From Kordiimonas sp. (GTDB taxonomy: Bacteria > Pseudomonadota > Alphaproteobacteria > Sphingomonadales > Kordiimonadaceae): a DNA stretch of 64,000 bases. The stretch is taken from NCBI GenBank assembly GCA_965199355.1, contig CBDARB010000011.1, positions 148,588-212,587 on the forward strand, given 5' to 3'. This document shows, in pieces, positions 50,147 to 58,441 of the stretch (position 1 is the stretch's first letter; the number at the start of each line of letters is the position of its first letter). The notes beneath the pieces are model-generated. The model saw only the letters and a program-made list of their open reading frames with translations. It was not told where the DNA came from and did not search any database. The position numbers and the translations under genes are program-made.

Positions 50147-51226
50147 GTGCCAGATGTTTTGAGGTTTCGAGCGTACCGTATGGATATTGTTCAGTCTGTT
50201 CGTGGTTTAGGGCACATTTTTTTCTGGTACGATAACTGGCGTCTTGCTGCGCGCGTGCGGTCCCGTATGGTCGCTGCCGGGTTTGTGGAGCATCCGCTGG
50301 ATGATGAGCGGGTCCATTGTTTTCTGTGCGATGATTTCGAAACCTGCCTGCCTGTTCTCGCGGCTTTTTTGAATGATCGCGAAAAGAGGCAAATTTCGGT
50401 CCTATTCTCCGAATCAGCCCGACCAAAAGTCTTCGAGTTTGGCCGTATAAAAACTGTGGCCGAGCACGAGACGCAGCTTCGGGCTCGCTGGCTTGGTGAT
50501 ATGTTGATGGAACGGCGCTATCGCTCGCTCATGCAGCCAATTGTTTATGCATCCAACCACAACCGTGTAATGGGCTATGAGTTTTTGATCCGTGGCCTCC
50601 ACACTGATGGGACCGATGTTTCGGCTCCAACCCTGTTTGGAACAGCGGAAGCTTGCGGCATGCTTTATGCGCTCGATATGGCGGCGGGCGAAAGCGCAAC
50701 ACGCACAGCCCGTATGCATGAACTAACGGAAGACGTGTTCGTTAATGTGTTGCCGCGCACTATTGGTGATGAAGATGGTCTGGACGCTTGGCTGCAGGCA
50801 GTTATGGCGGCAGCAGAAGTTCGCCCCGAACAATTGGTTTTTGAGATCGTTGAAAGCCAACAGCTTGGCGATGTCAGAATTCTGCGCGGCTTGGTGGACA
50901 AGCTGCATGATCAGGGTATTCGGGTTGCACTTGATGATTTTGGTAGTGGCTTCAACAACCTTGTAGGGCTCGTTGAAGTTAGGCCCGATTATATCAAGAT
51001 TGACAAGTCTTTGGTGATTGGTCTGACGCTTGACCCCAGAAAAAGTAACCTTGTTGCTAACTTGGTCGACTCAGCCAAAAAGTCGGAAATTCAGGTGATT
51101 GCAGAAGGGGTGGAGGATGCCCAAACAGCGGAGGCGCTTGTCAGTCTCGGAGTAGATTATCTGCAAGGGTATCACCTTGGATACCCGGAAGATGCACCGG
51201 TTCAGAAAAACCTGATAGCGGTTTAA
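50147..51226 (+). CDS. EAL-domain c-di-GMP phosphodiesterase
   Basis: QPIV, YEFLIR, FVNV, FEIVE, ALDDFGSG, YIKID, AEGVE, YLQGY. Confidence 0.9.
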   Translation: MPDVLRFRAYRMDIVQSVRGLGHIFFWYDNWRLAARVRSRMVAAGFVEHPLDDERVHCFLCDDFETCLPVLAAFLNDREKRQISVLFSESARPKVFEFGRIKTVAEHETQLRARWLGDMLMERRYRSLMQPIVYASNHNRVMGYEFLIRGLHTDGTDVSAPTLFGTAEACGMLYALDMAAGESATRTARMHELTEDVFVNVLPRTIGDEDGLDAWLQAVMAAAEVRPEQLVFEIVESQQLGDVRILRGLVDKLHDQGIRVALDDFGSGFNNLVGLVEVRPDYIKIDKSLVIGLTLDPRKSNLVANLVDSAKKSEIQVIAEGVEDAQTAEALVSLGVDYLQGYHLGYPEDAPVQKNLIAV

Positions 51227-51690
51227 TCCTCGGCAGCTTCATTTTGGCCTGCATTCAGTTTGATGATCAACGCGTCTAGCTGGCTCTTTTCCACATCGCT
51301 GAAATGTTCGAGCAGTTTTGCTTCATAATCAAGCGCCAGCGGGATGATTTCACGGTAAATCTGCTGGCCTTCGTTTGAAAGGGCAATAACCGATCGTCTG
51401 CGATCCTCGTTCGAGAAGTGACGTTCAATGCGACCTGCTTCCAGCAGTTTATTAACGGCTCGCGAGACAGCAACTTTGTCCATCGCGGTCCGATCCGCTA
51501 CTTGTCCGGCGGACAAATCCGGTTCCTCACCCAACACTGCCATCACTCGCCATTCGGGCAAGGTTAGCTGAAAACGCTCCTCATAACGATCGGCGATTGA
51601 GCGGCTGATTCGGTTTGAAAGCACCGAAAGACGGTAGGGTAGAAAATCTGCCAACAATAAAGCGTCTGATTTTTCAATATGTTCGGTCAT
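51223..51690 (-). CDS. MarR family regulator, divergent from hppD
   Basis: FLPYRLSVLSNRIS, WRVMAVL, MDKVAVSRAV, DRRR. Confidence 0.92.
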   Translation of the reverse strand: MTEHIEKSDALLLADFLPYRLSVLSNRISRSIADRYEERFQLTLPEWRVMAVLGEEPDLSAGQVADRTAMDKVAVSRAVNKLLEAGRIERHFSNEDRRRSVIALSNEGQQIYREIIPLALDYEAKLLEHFSDVEKSQLDALIIKLNAGQNEAAED

Positions 51691-51716
51691 TTTTTCTCCC
51701 CACGGCAGTTGGTCTA

Positions 51717-51745
51717 TTGCAATTAGTTACGAATGAAACTATTAT
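51717..51745 (+). promoter_or_regulatory. Sigma70-type promoter of hppD with an operator palindrome in the spacer
   Basis: TTGCAA (51717-51722), 17 nt, TATTAT (51740-51745); imperfect palindrome TAGTT-N8-AACTA at 51724-51741. Confidence 0.65.
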
Positions 51746-51821
51746 GCTGTCAACCAATCGGCTCGATAATGCTAATCGTGCCTTCCAACATTTTATACAA
51801 GTTTTTTTGGAGAGTTGAACC

Positions 51822-52910
51822 ATGGCGGATTTGTTTGAAAACCCGATGGGCTTGTGTGGGTTTGAATTTGTTGAATTTGCGGCTGCTGAAAAAGGCATTC
51901 TGGAGCCGGTGTTTGAAATGATGGGCTTTACCAAAGTTGCCCGTCACCGTTCCAAGGACGTGGAGCTATGGCGTCAGGGCGACATCAATTTCATCACCAA
52001 CTATGAGCCAAAGTCTCCGGCTGCTTACTTCGCGGAAGAACACGGCCCGTGTGCAAGCGGCATGGCGTTCCGCGTAAAAGATAGCCGCGTTGCGTATGAG
52101 CGTGCGATTGAGCATGGCGCACAGCCCGTTGATGTGCCCACCGGACCGATGGAGCTTAAGCTTCCTGCCATTAAGGGTATTGGCGGTGCGATGTTATACC
52201 TGATCGATCGTTTTGAAGAAGGTAACAGCATCTATGATATTGATTTCGAATGGATTGAGGGTGTTGACCGCAATCCAAAAGGTTGTGGTTTCAATGTTAT
52301 CGATCACCTGACCCACAATGTTTACCGTGGCCGGATGGATTATTGGGCGAACTATTATGAAACGCTCTTTAATTTCCGCGAAATCCGCTATTTTGACATC
52401 AAAGGCGAATATACTGGTCTTCTTTCACGCGCGATGACCGCGCCTGACGGCTTGATCCGTATCCCGCTGAATGAAGAATCAGGCGGTGGTAACGGTCAGA
52501 TTGAAGAGTATCTGATGCAGTATAACGGCGAAGGCATTCAACATATCGCTTTCTCTTGCGATAACCTGCTGGAGTGCTGGGACCGCCTGAAAGAGCGCGG
52601 CGTACCGTTCATGACGGCCCCACCTGAAACATATTATGCGATGCTTGACGAGCGCCTGCCGGGACACGGCGAGCCAGTGGACGAGCTGAAATCCCGCGGT
52701 ATTCTGTTGGATGGATCAACAGAAGATGGAGACCCACGCCTGTTGCTTCAGATTTTCTCTGAAACAGCGATCGGTCCGATCTTTTTCGAGTTTATCCAGC
52801 GTAAGAAAGACGAAGGTTTCGGGGAAGGTAACTTTAAAGCCCTCTTTGAATCTATCGAACGAGACCAGCTTGCGCGCGGCGTAATTGGCGATAAGGAAGA
52901 CGCTGCTTAA
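51822..52910 (+). CDS. hppD: 4-hydroxyphenylpyruvate dioxygenase
   Basis: [49 protein letters not shown]. Confidence 0.97.
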   Translation: MADLFENPMGLCGFEFVEFAAAEKGILEPVFEMMGFTKVARHRSKDVELWRQGDINFITNYEPKSPAAYFAEEHGPCASGMAFRVKDSRVAYERAIEHGAQPVDVPTGPMELKLPAIKGIGGAMLYLIDRFEEGNSIYDIDFEWIEGVDRNPKGCGFNVIDHLTHNVYRGRMDYWANYYETLFNFREIRYFDIKGEYTGLLSRAMTAPDGLIRIPLNEESGGGNGQIEEYLMQYNGEGIQHIAFSCDNLLECWDRLKERGVPFMTAPPETYYAMLDERLPGHGEPVDELKSRGILLDGSTEDGDPRLLLQIFSETAIGPIFFEFIQRKKDEGFGEGNFKALFESIERDQLARGVIGDKEDAA

Positions 52911-52935
52911 TGCGGCGTCTTTGAAAGGACTGTCG

Positions 52936-53484
52936 ATGAAAATCCAGCGTATCCATCATGTTGCCTATCGCTGCAAAGATGCCAAAGAAACCGTAGAGTT
53001 TTATCAGAAACACCTGAATATGGAGTTTCAACTGGCGTTTGCTGAAGACAATGTGCCGTCTACCGGTGAAGAAGACCCCTACATGCACATCTTCCTTGAT
53101 GCCGGTAATGGCAATGTGCTCGCTTTCTTTGAATTGCCAACCCAGCCAGAGATGGGGCGCGATGAAAATACGCCTGCATGGGTGCAGCATATTGCGTTCG
53201 AAGTGGAAGATATGGACGCGCTTCTAGCCGCGAAAGAAAGCCTTGAGGCAGCAGGGATTGAGGTACTGGGCCCAACCGAGCACACGATCTTCAAATCCAT
53301 CTATTTCTTTGACCCTAACGGTCACCGTCTTGAGCTCGCAACCAATACCGCGAAGCCCGGCATGCTTGACGAGCTTAAGCGGGTAGGGCCGGCGATGCTG
53401 GAAGAATGGTCCAGAACCAAGAAAGCGCCAAGGCACGCAGCATGGTTGCACGGCGAAGGTGAATTTGTACCGCCAAGCGAATGA
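52936..53484 (+). CDS. VOC/glyoxalase-fold protein, candidate non-canonical homogentisate dioxygenase
   Basis: RIHHVAY, YMHIFL, VQHIAFEV, SIYFFDPNGHRLELA. The fold is secure; the function is inferred from context. Confidence 0.8.
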   Translation: MKIQRIHHVAYRCKDAKETVEFYQKHLNMEFQLAFAEDNVPSTGEEDPYMHIFLDAGNGNVLAFFELPTQPEMGRDENTPAWVQHIAFEVEDMDALLAAKESLEAAGIEVLGPTEHTIFKSIYFFDPNGHRLELATNTAKPGMLDELKRVGPAMLEEWSRTKKAPRHAAWLHGEGEFVPPSE

Positions 53485-53532
53485 TTGGCAAGCAATAACA
53501 GGTATTTAGCAAAATATTAGCTAGGGAATTTT

Positions 53533-54540
53533 ATGAAACTTGCATCTCTTAAACATGGTCGTGATGGTAAACTTGTGGTGGTTTCCCGCGATCTAACCCG
53601 TATGGCTGATGCATCAGCGATTGCGCCAACGCTTCAAGCAGCAATTGACGATTGGGACGCTTTGTTGCCGCGTCTGCGTGGCCTATACGAATCCCTGAAT
53701 TCAGGTGCAATGGAAGGTGAAGCCTTTGATGAAGCTGCGTGTGCTTCGCCGCTGCCGCGCGCGTATCAGTGGGCCGATGGGTCAGCGTATGTGAACCATG
53801 TTGAACTGGTACGCAAGGCGCGTGGCGCGGAGATGCCTGCGAGCTTCTGGACTGACCCGCTGATGTATCAGGGCGGTTCCGACACATTCCTAGACCCGCG
53901 CGGCGATATTGTTATGCCGCAAACCGAAGGTTGGGGCGTGGATTTTGAAGCAGAAATCGCAGTTATCACAAACGATGTGCCTCTGGGTGTGGGTGTTGAG
54001 AGAGCAGCGGATCATATCAAGCTGTTGATGCTGGTAAACGATGTGTCGCTGCGTGGCTTGATACCGGCAGAGCTTGGCAAGGGGTTTGGCTTCTTCCAGT
54101 CCAAACCATCCAGCGCTTTCAGCCCGGTTTGTGTAACGCCTGATGAACTTGGTGATGCATGGCGTGACAGCAAGCTGCATTTGCCGCTGGTGTCTCATCT
54201 GAACGGTGACATGTTTGGCAAGCCTGATGCGGGCATAGACATGACATTCAATTTCGCGCAATTGGTTGCTCATGCGGCTAAAACACGCCCGCTGGGCGCT
54301 GGTGCTGTTGTCGGGTCTGGGACTGTTTCAAACAAACTCAATGACGGTCCGGGCAAGCCGGTTGTTGAAGGTGGTGTTGGCTATAGCTGTATCGCCGAAA
54401 TACGCATGATTGAAACCATTGATGCCGGCGCGCCTAAAACACCGTTTATGAGCTTTGGCGACAGGGTTCGTATCGAAATGTTCGATGCGGATGGCGCCTC
54501 TATCTTCGGGGCAATTGAGCAAACTTTGTCGCAGGCTTAA
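53533..54540 (+). CDS. Fumarylacetoacetate hydrolase family protein
   Basis: VDFEAEIAV, LVNDVSLR, FFQSKP, VGSGTVSN. Confidence 0.9.
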   Translation: MKLASLKHGRDGKLVVVSRDLTRMADASAIAPTLQAAIDDWDALLPRLRGLYESLNSGAMEGEAFDEAACASPLPRAYQWADGSAYVNHVELVRKARGAEMPASFWTDPLMYQGGSDTFLDPRGDIVMPQTEGWGVDFEAEIAVITNDVPLGVGVERAADHIKLLMLVNDVSLRGLIPAELGKGFGFFQSKPSSAFSPVCVTPDELGDAWRDSKLHLPLVSHLNGDMFGKPDAGIDMTFNFAQLVAHAAKTRPLGAGAVVGSGTVSNKLNDGPGKPVVEGGVGYSCIAEIRMIETIDAGAPKTPFMSFGDRVRIEMFDADGASIFGAIEQTLSQA

Positions 54541-54544
54541 GGGT

Positions 54545-55189
54545 ATGAAACTATACGGATATTATCGCTCATCAGCTGCCTACCGGGTGAGGATTGCCCT
54601 CAATCTGAAGGGGCTTGAGTATGATAATATCCCTATCAACCTTATACCAGGTGTCAGCGAGCAGAAAAGCGGTGCCTACAAAGCGATAAATCCGCAAGGC
54701 AGGGTACCCTTCTTTGAAGACGGGGCTGTTGCGATTAGCCAGTCTCCGGCAATCCTTGAGTATCTTGAGGAGACCTTCAAGGACGTACCCCTGCTGCCCG
54801 CAGGCACAGCCGACAGGGCGGTGGTGCGGCAGCTCGCAAGCCTTGTGGGGTGCGATATTCACCCCCTGAACAACCTTGAGGTTTTGCAAACTTTGAAGGG
54901 TGATTTTGGGGCAGACCAGCAAGCTGTTGACGGATGGTACCGCAAATGGATTTTAGAAGGCTTTGCTGCCTTGGAGGCATTGGTTGTTAAAACAGCTGGC
55001 CGATACTGTTTTGGCGATACGCCAACGCTCGCAGATATTTATCTGGTGCCTCAGGTATGGAATGCGCGCCGTTTTAAGGTGCCGCTCGAGGCGTTTCCAA
55101 CCATTGAACGGATTTTTGATGCCTGCAATGAGCTAGAGGCATTTAAGCTAGCGGCGCCGGAAAACCAGCCGGATGCACCAGCGAGCTAA
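54545..55189 (+). CDS. maiA: Maleylacetoacetate isomerase (GST zeta)
   Basis: YYRSSAAYRVRIALNLKG, QSPAILEYLEE, CDIHPLNN. Confidence 0.95.
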   Translation: MKLYGYYRSSAAYRVRIALNLKGLEYDNIPINLIPGVSEQKSGAYKAINPQGRVPFFEDGAVAISQSPAILEYLEETFKDVPLLPAGTADRAVVRQLASLVGCDIHPLNNLEVLQTLKGDFGADQQAVDGWYRKWILEGFAALEALVVKTAGRYCFGDTPTLADIYLVPQVWNARRFKVPLEAFPTIERIFDACNELEAFKLAAPENQPDAPAS

Positions 55190-55214
55190 GGGATAATTGG
55201 GAAAGGATGTCAGG

Positions 55215-56096
55215 ATGGAAATCGTAACGCGATTGGGCCGCAAAGTCGAAGTAAACGACGACTATACGATTGACCAGAATTGGGAAGCTTTCACCGCTGA
55301 AGAGCATGACCGCTGGGACAGGCTTTATGCGCGCCAGGGCAAGCTGTTGCCGGGCCGGGCATGTGACGAGTTTATGCATGGGCTTGATGATCTTGAGCTT
55401 TCCAAAAGCGGTATCCCGCATTTTGGCAGGCTGTCTGACAGGCTGGAAAAGCGGACCGGCTGGCGCATTGTGGCCGTGCCAGACCTTGTGCCGGATGAGG
55501 TTTTCTTTGACCATCTAGCTAATCGCCGTTTCCCGGCGGGCAGTTTTATTCGCTCAGAAGCACAGCTTGACTATTTGCAGGAACCCGATGTTTTTCATGA
55601 TGTTTATGGTCATGTTCCTCTGCTGGCGAACCCGGTATTTGCTGATTATATGGAAGCCTATGGCAAGGGCGGTCAGCGCGCCATGGGCCGGGGTGTGCTT
55701 CAGAATTTAGCGAGGCTTTACTGGTACACAGTGGAGTTCGGTCTGATTAACACACCAGACGGCATGCGCATTTACGGTGCAGGTATTTTGAGTTCGAAAT
55801 CAGAGAGTATTTTCTGCCTTGATGATGCGAGCCCCAACCGTATTCATTTTGATCTTGTACGCCTTATGAAGACTGATTACCGGATTGATGATTTCCAGCA
55901 AACCTATTGGGTTATCAATAGTTTTGAAGAGCTTCTTAATGCAACATATCAGGATTTTGGCCCCATCTATGATGAGCTGGAAGCTGATACAACAAGCTAT
56001 CCTGCGGATGCAGTTCTTGATGGTGATACGGTTCACAACAAGGGCACGCAAGCCTACGCCGAAGCTGGCGGCAGGCTTGCGAAAGAAGCAAGTTGA
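55215..56096 (+). CDS. phhA: Phenylalanine 4-monooxygenase
   Basis: YLQEPDVFHDVYGHVP, RLYWYTVEFGL, IYGAGILSS. Start is ATG 55215 or TTG 55197. Confidence 0.96.
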   Translation: MEIVTRLGRKVEVNDDYTIDQNWEAFTAEEHDRWDRLYARQGKLLPGRACDEFMHGLDDLELSKSGIPHFGRLSDRLEKRTGWRIVAVPDLVPDEVFFDHLANRRFPAGSFIRSEAQLDYLQEPDVFHDVYGHVPLLANPVFADYMEAYGKGGQRAMGRGVLQNLARLYWYTVEFGLINTPDGMRIYGAGILSSKSESIFCLDDASPNRIHFDLVRLMKTDYRIDDFQQTYWVINSFEELLNATYQDFGPIYDELEADTTSYPADAVLDGDTVHNKGTQAYAEAGGRLAKEAS

Positions 56097-56123
56097 GTTT
56101 CTTCTTTCTGAAGTTATTCTGGG

Positions 56124-56650
56124 TCAGAATTTGAATTTGAGGTTGAGCTTGGTTTCGTCAACACTTTGAAACGAATTCTCATCGTCACCGCGCCGATATT
56201 CTATTCCGAACGAAGTCGAGCTTGAGCCCGAGTTCAGTAGCCCGATCTCCGCGCCTGCTGTGAAGATAGATTGGTCTTCAACGCGACTTAATATTTCGGC
56301 AAGGTAACGATAGGACGCGCTGAGTTTGAACTTTTTCCATGATAGTGACATGCCCACTTTAGCGCCCAGTCCAAGATATTCTGATGGGTTATTATTGCCA
56401 GCGTTCGCTGACCTAGCCAGCAGAAAATTGGGATTGGTACCTACTTTGTCGATGAACGAACCTTCAAGAATGGTTTGAAAACTTGAGTTTAGCGTCAGGG
56501 CGCCAATTTTGTCGCCTTCAAAGGCATCACCAAAGATACCGTAATGGGGCTTGGCACGTCCTGCTCCGTTTCGGCTTGTCGTGACGGTGGATAGGAAGGG
56601 GGTGTCGTTGCTCCTGATGCAGTAAGCTGTATCTACGGCGTCGCGCCATG
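56124..56650 (-). pseudogene. 3' fragment of an IS-interrupted secreted/outer-membrane protein gene
   Basis: Continues in frame from the 5' fragment once the IS is removed; amphipathic strands and terminal ...KLNLKFKF. Confidence 0.8.
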
Positions 56651-56689
56651 AGGCCTGCGCCATTTTATCAATCAAAAAGGAACAACAAC

Positions 56690-57724
56690 ATGACTGTATT
56701 TATAGGACTAGACGTCTCTCTGGCAAGCACGGCAGTCTGTGTACTGACGGGTAAGGGTGAGATTCTCAGGGAGGCAAAGGTGCCCAGCGAGCCGGCAGCG
56801 CTTGTGGGTTTTGTGCACAGCCTGGGGTGCGATGTCGCCAGCATTGGTCTTGAAGCAGGGCCCCTGTCCCAGTGGTTGTACAAGGGCCTGACGGAAGCGG
56901 GTTTCGAGACGGTGCTGATGGAAACACGCAGAGTGAAGGCCGCGCTGAAGGCCATGCCGATCAAAACAGATCGCCGGGATGCGGAAGGGATTGCCCGCCT
57001 GCTGCATCTGGGCTGGTTCCGGCCAGTCCACTGCAAATCCGTTTCGTCGCAGGAGATACGGGCGCTGCTGACGACCCGCCATGCCATCCAGAAGGCCCTG
57101 AAGGCTCTCGAACTGTCGGTGCGGGGTATCCTGCGCAATTTCGGTCTGAAGATGGGCAAGGTGTCGAAGGGGCGGTACGCGGCACGGGTGCGCGAGCTTG
57201 TGACCGGCAACCCTATGCTGGAAGCTGCCGTCGAGCCTGTCCTGCACGTGCGCGACACGCTGCGCAAGGAGATGGCAGGTCTGGAGAAAAAGATTAAAGG
57301 GCTGGCGACGGCGAACCCGGTCTGTGACCTGTTAATGACCATGCCCGGTGTAGGGCCGGTCGTGTCGCTGACCTTCCTGTCCGCAGTGGATGATCCCGGG
57401 CAGTTCCGCCGATCGAAGGATATCGGTCCATGGGTGGGGCTAACGCCGGGCCGGGACCAGTCGGGGGAACGGGATGTTACCGGCCGCATCACGAAGGCTG
57501 GCGATGTCGGCCTGCGAACCGCCCTGTATCAGGCGGCGACGGTCATGCTGAACGGGGGCAGATCCAACTGGCTGAAAGCCTGGGCGTTGCGTCTTGCTGC
57601 CCTGCGGGGCAAGAAACGTGCAACGGTCGCCCTTGCCCGACGCATCGGTGTGGTGCTGCACCGGATGATGGTGGACGCAACGGTGTTCTGCTTCACCCGC
57701 GAAGAGGCTGTCCGCTCTGTATAA
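56690..57724 (+). CDS. IS110 family transposase/recombinase
   Basis: DEDD RuvC-like residues in FIGLDVS, GLEAG and KTDRRDA; C-terminal TMPGVG and WVGLTP..DQSGE (Ser motif). ATG 56690 follows AAAAGGA. Confidence 0.96.
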   Translation: MTVFIGLDVSLASTAVCVLTGKGEILREAKVPSEPAALVGFVHSLGCDVASIGLEAGPLSQWLYKGLTEAGFETVLMETRRVKAALKAMPIKTDRRDAEGIARLLHLGWFRPVHCKSVSSQEIRALLTTRHAIQKALKALELSVRGILRNFGLKMGKVSKGRYAARVRELVTGNPMLEAAVEPVLHVRDTLRKEMAGLEKKIKGLATANPVCDLLMTMPGVGPVVSLTFLSAVDDPGQFRRSKDIGPWVGLTPGRDQSGERDVTGRITKAGDVGLRTALYQAATVMLNGGRSNWLKAWALRLAALRGKKRATVALARRIGVVLHRMMVDATVFCFTREEAVRSV

Positions 57725-57789
57725 ACCCGTTCAAGCAGCGTACGAGAAGAAACAGGAGGTTTGGCCGCGTCTGACAGGGGTCGGCCACC

Positions 57790-58010
57790 AGTGTCCCTGC
57801 CGGGACGCAGTCCCCGATGATGCACGCAGGATGCCTTGTCGCCGGACCCCGCACATATGTAGCGCAGGGTTCGAGCACGCCCCAAAGATAGGCACTCGGG
57901 AACTGTATTGGACAAGGTATGAAGTTGGCGGCCCTTGCCCTGCATGGCGCCGACCACGGACGGAAGCACGTACCCGGCGGTGATACAGGAAGGTGACCTG
58001 ACTCCAGAAG
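57790..58010 (+). ncRNA. Putative bridge/seek RNA in the IS110 right end (boundaries approximate)
   Basis: Contains AGGATGCCT matching the target flank, ATGGCGC and ACGGAAG matching the two IS ends, and several hand-identified hairpins. Confidence 0.6.
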
Positions 58011-58441
58011 GCAAAGGCAACGATCCACACAGTCAAAATCCAGGCTTTCCCCCTGTATACAGGGACGCCGACAAGACCCTCTCCCGTGAACCGTCAACCG
58101 TGTCGCGCCGGCTAATTGTGTGATAAAGGTGCTTGACATCAACTGCCCCATTACGGAAGCACGCCCCAAAGATAGGCACTCGGGAACTGTATTGGACAAG
58201 GTATGAAGTTGGCGGCCCTTGCCCTGCATGGCGCCGACCACGGACGGAAGCACGTACCCGGCGGTGATACAGGAAGGTGACCTGACTCCAGAAGGCAAAG
58301 GCAACGATCCACACAGTCAAAATCCAGGCTTTCCCCCTGTATACAGGGACGCCGACAAGACCCTCTCCCGTGAACCGTCAACCGTGTCGCGCCGGCTAAT
58401 TGTGTGATAAAGGTGCTTGACATCAACTGCCCCATTACGGA
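57874..58441. repeat. Perfect 284-bp tandem duplication of the IS right end
   Basis: 57874-58157 equals 58158-58441 by eye; the ORF track shows identical ORFs offset by 284 (57935 vs 58219). Confidence 0.95.

Noticed and set aside
56124-56675. ORF-track protein MIDKMAQASWRD... as an independent gene
   Set aside because: Its start lies inside the IS left end; the rest is the 3' fragment of the interrupted gene. The 58317-58441 tail of the upstream ORF is likewise IS read-through.
56668-57492. Long antisense and alternate-frame ORFs over the transposase
   Set aside because: GC-rich shadow ORFs with no motifs.
58133-58138. TTGACA near each right end as half of a circle-junction promoter (second copy 58417-58422)
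   Set aside because: In the predicted circle the hexamer 17 nt downstream is GAAGGC, not a recognisable -10, so I cannot support a promoter.
56634-58440. Alternative IS boundaries using the 5-bp direct repeat TACGG (56634-56638 and 58436-58440)
   Set aside because: Removal gives 1882 nt, which is out of frame and stops early. It also fails to explain why both repeat copies continue with AAG after TACGG. The AGGC boundary restores the frame.
57874-58441. CRISPR array or classical target-site duplication
   Set aside because: Two long identical units with no spacers, no short repeats and no cas genes; the repeat is internal to the IS.
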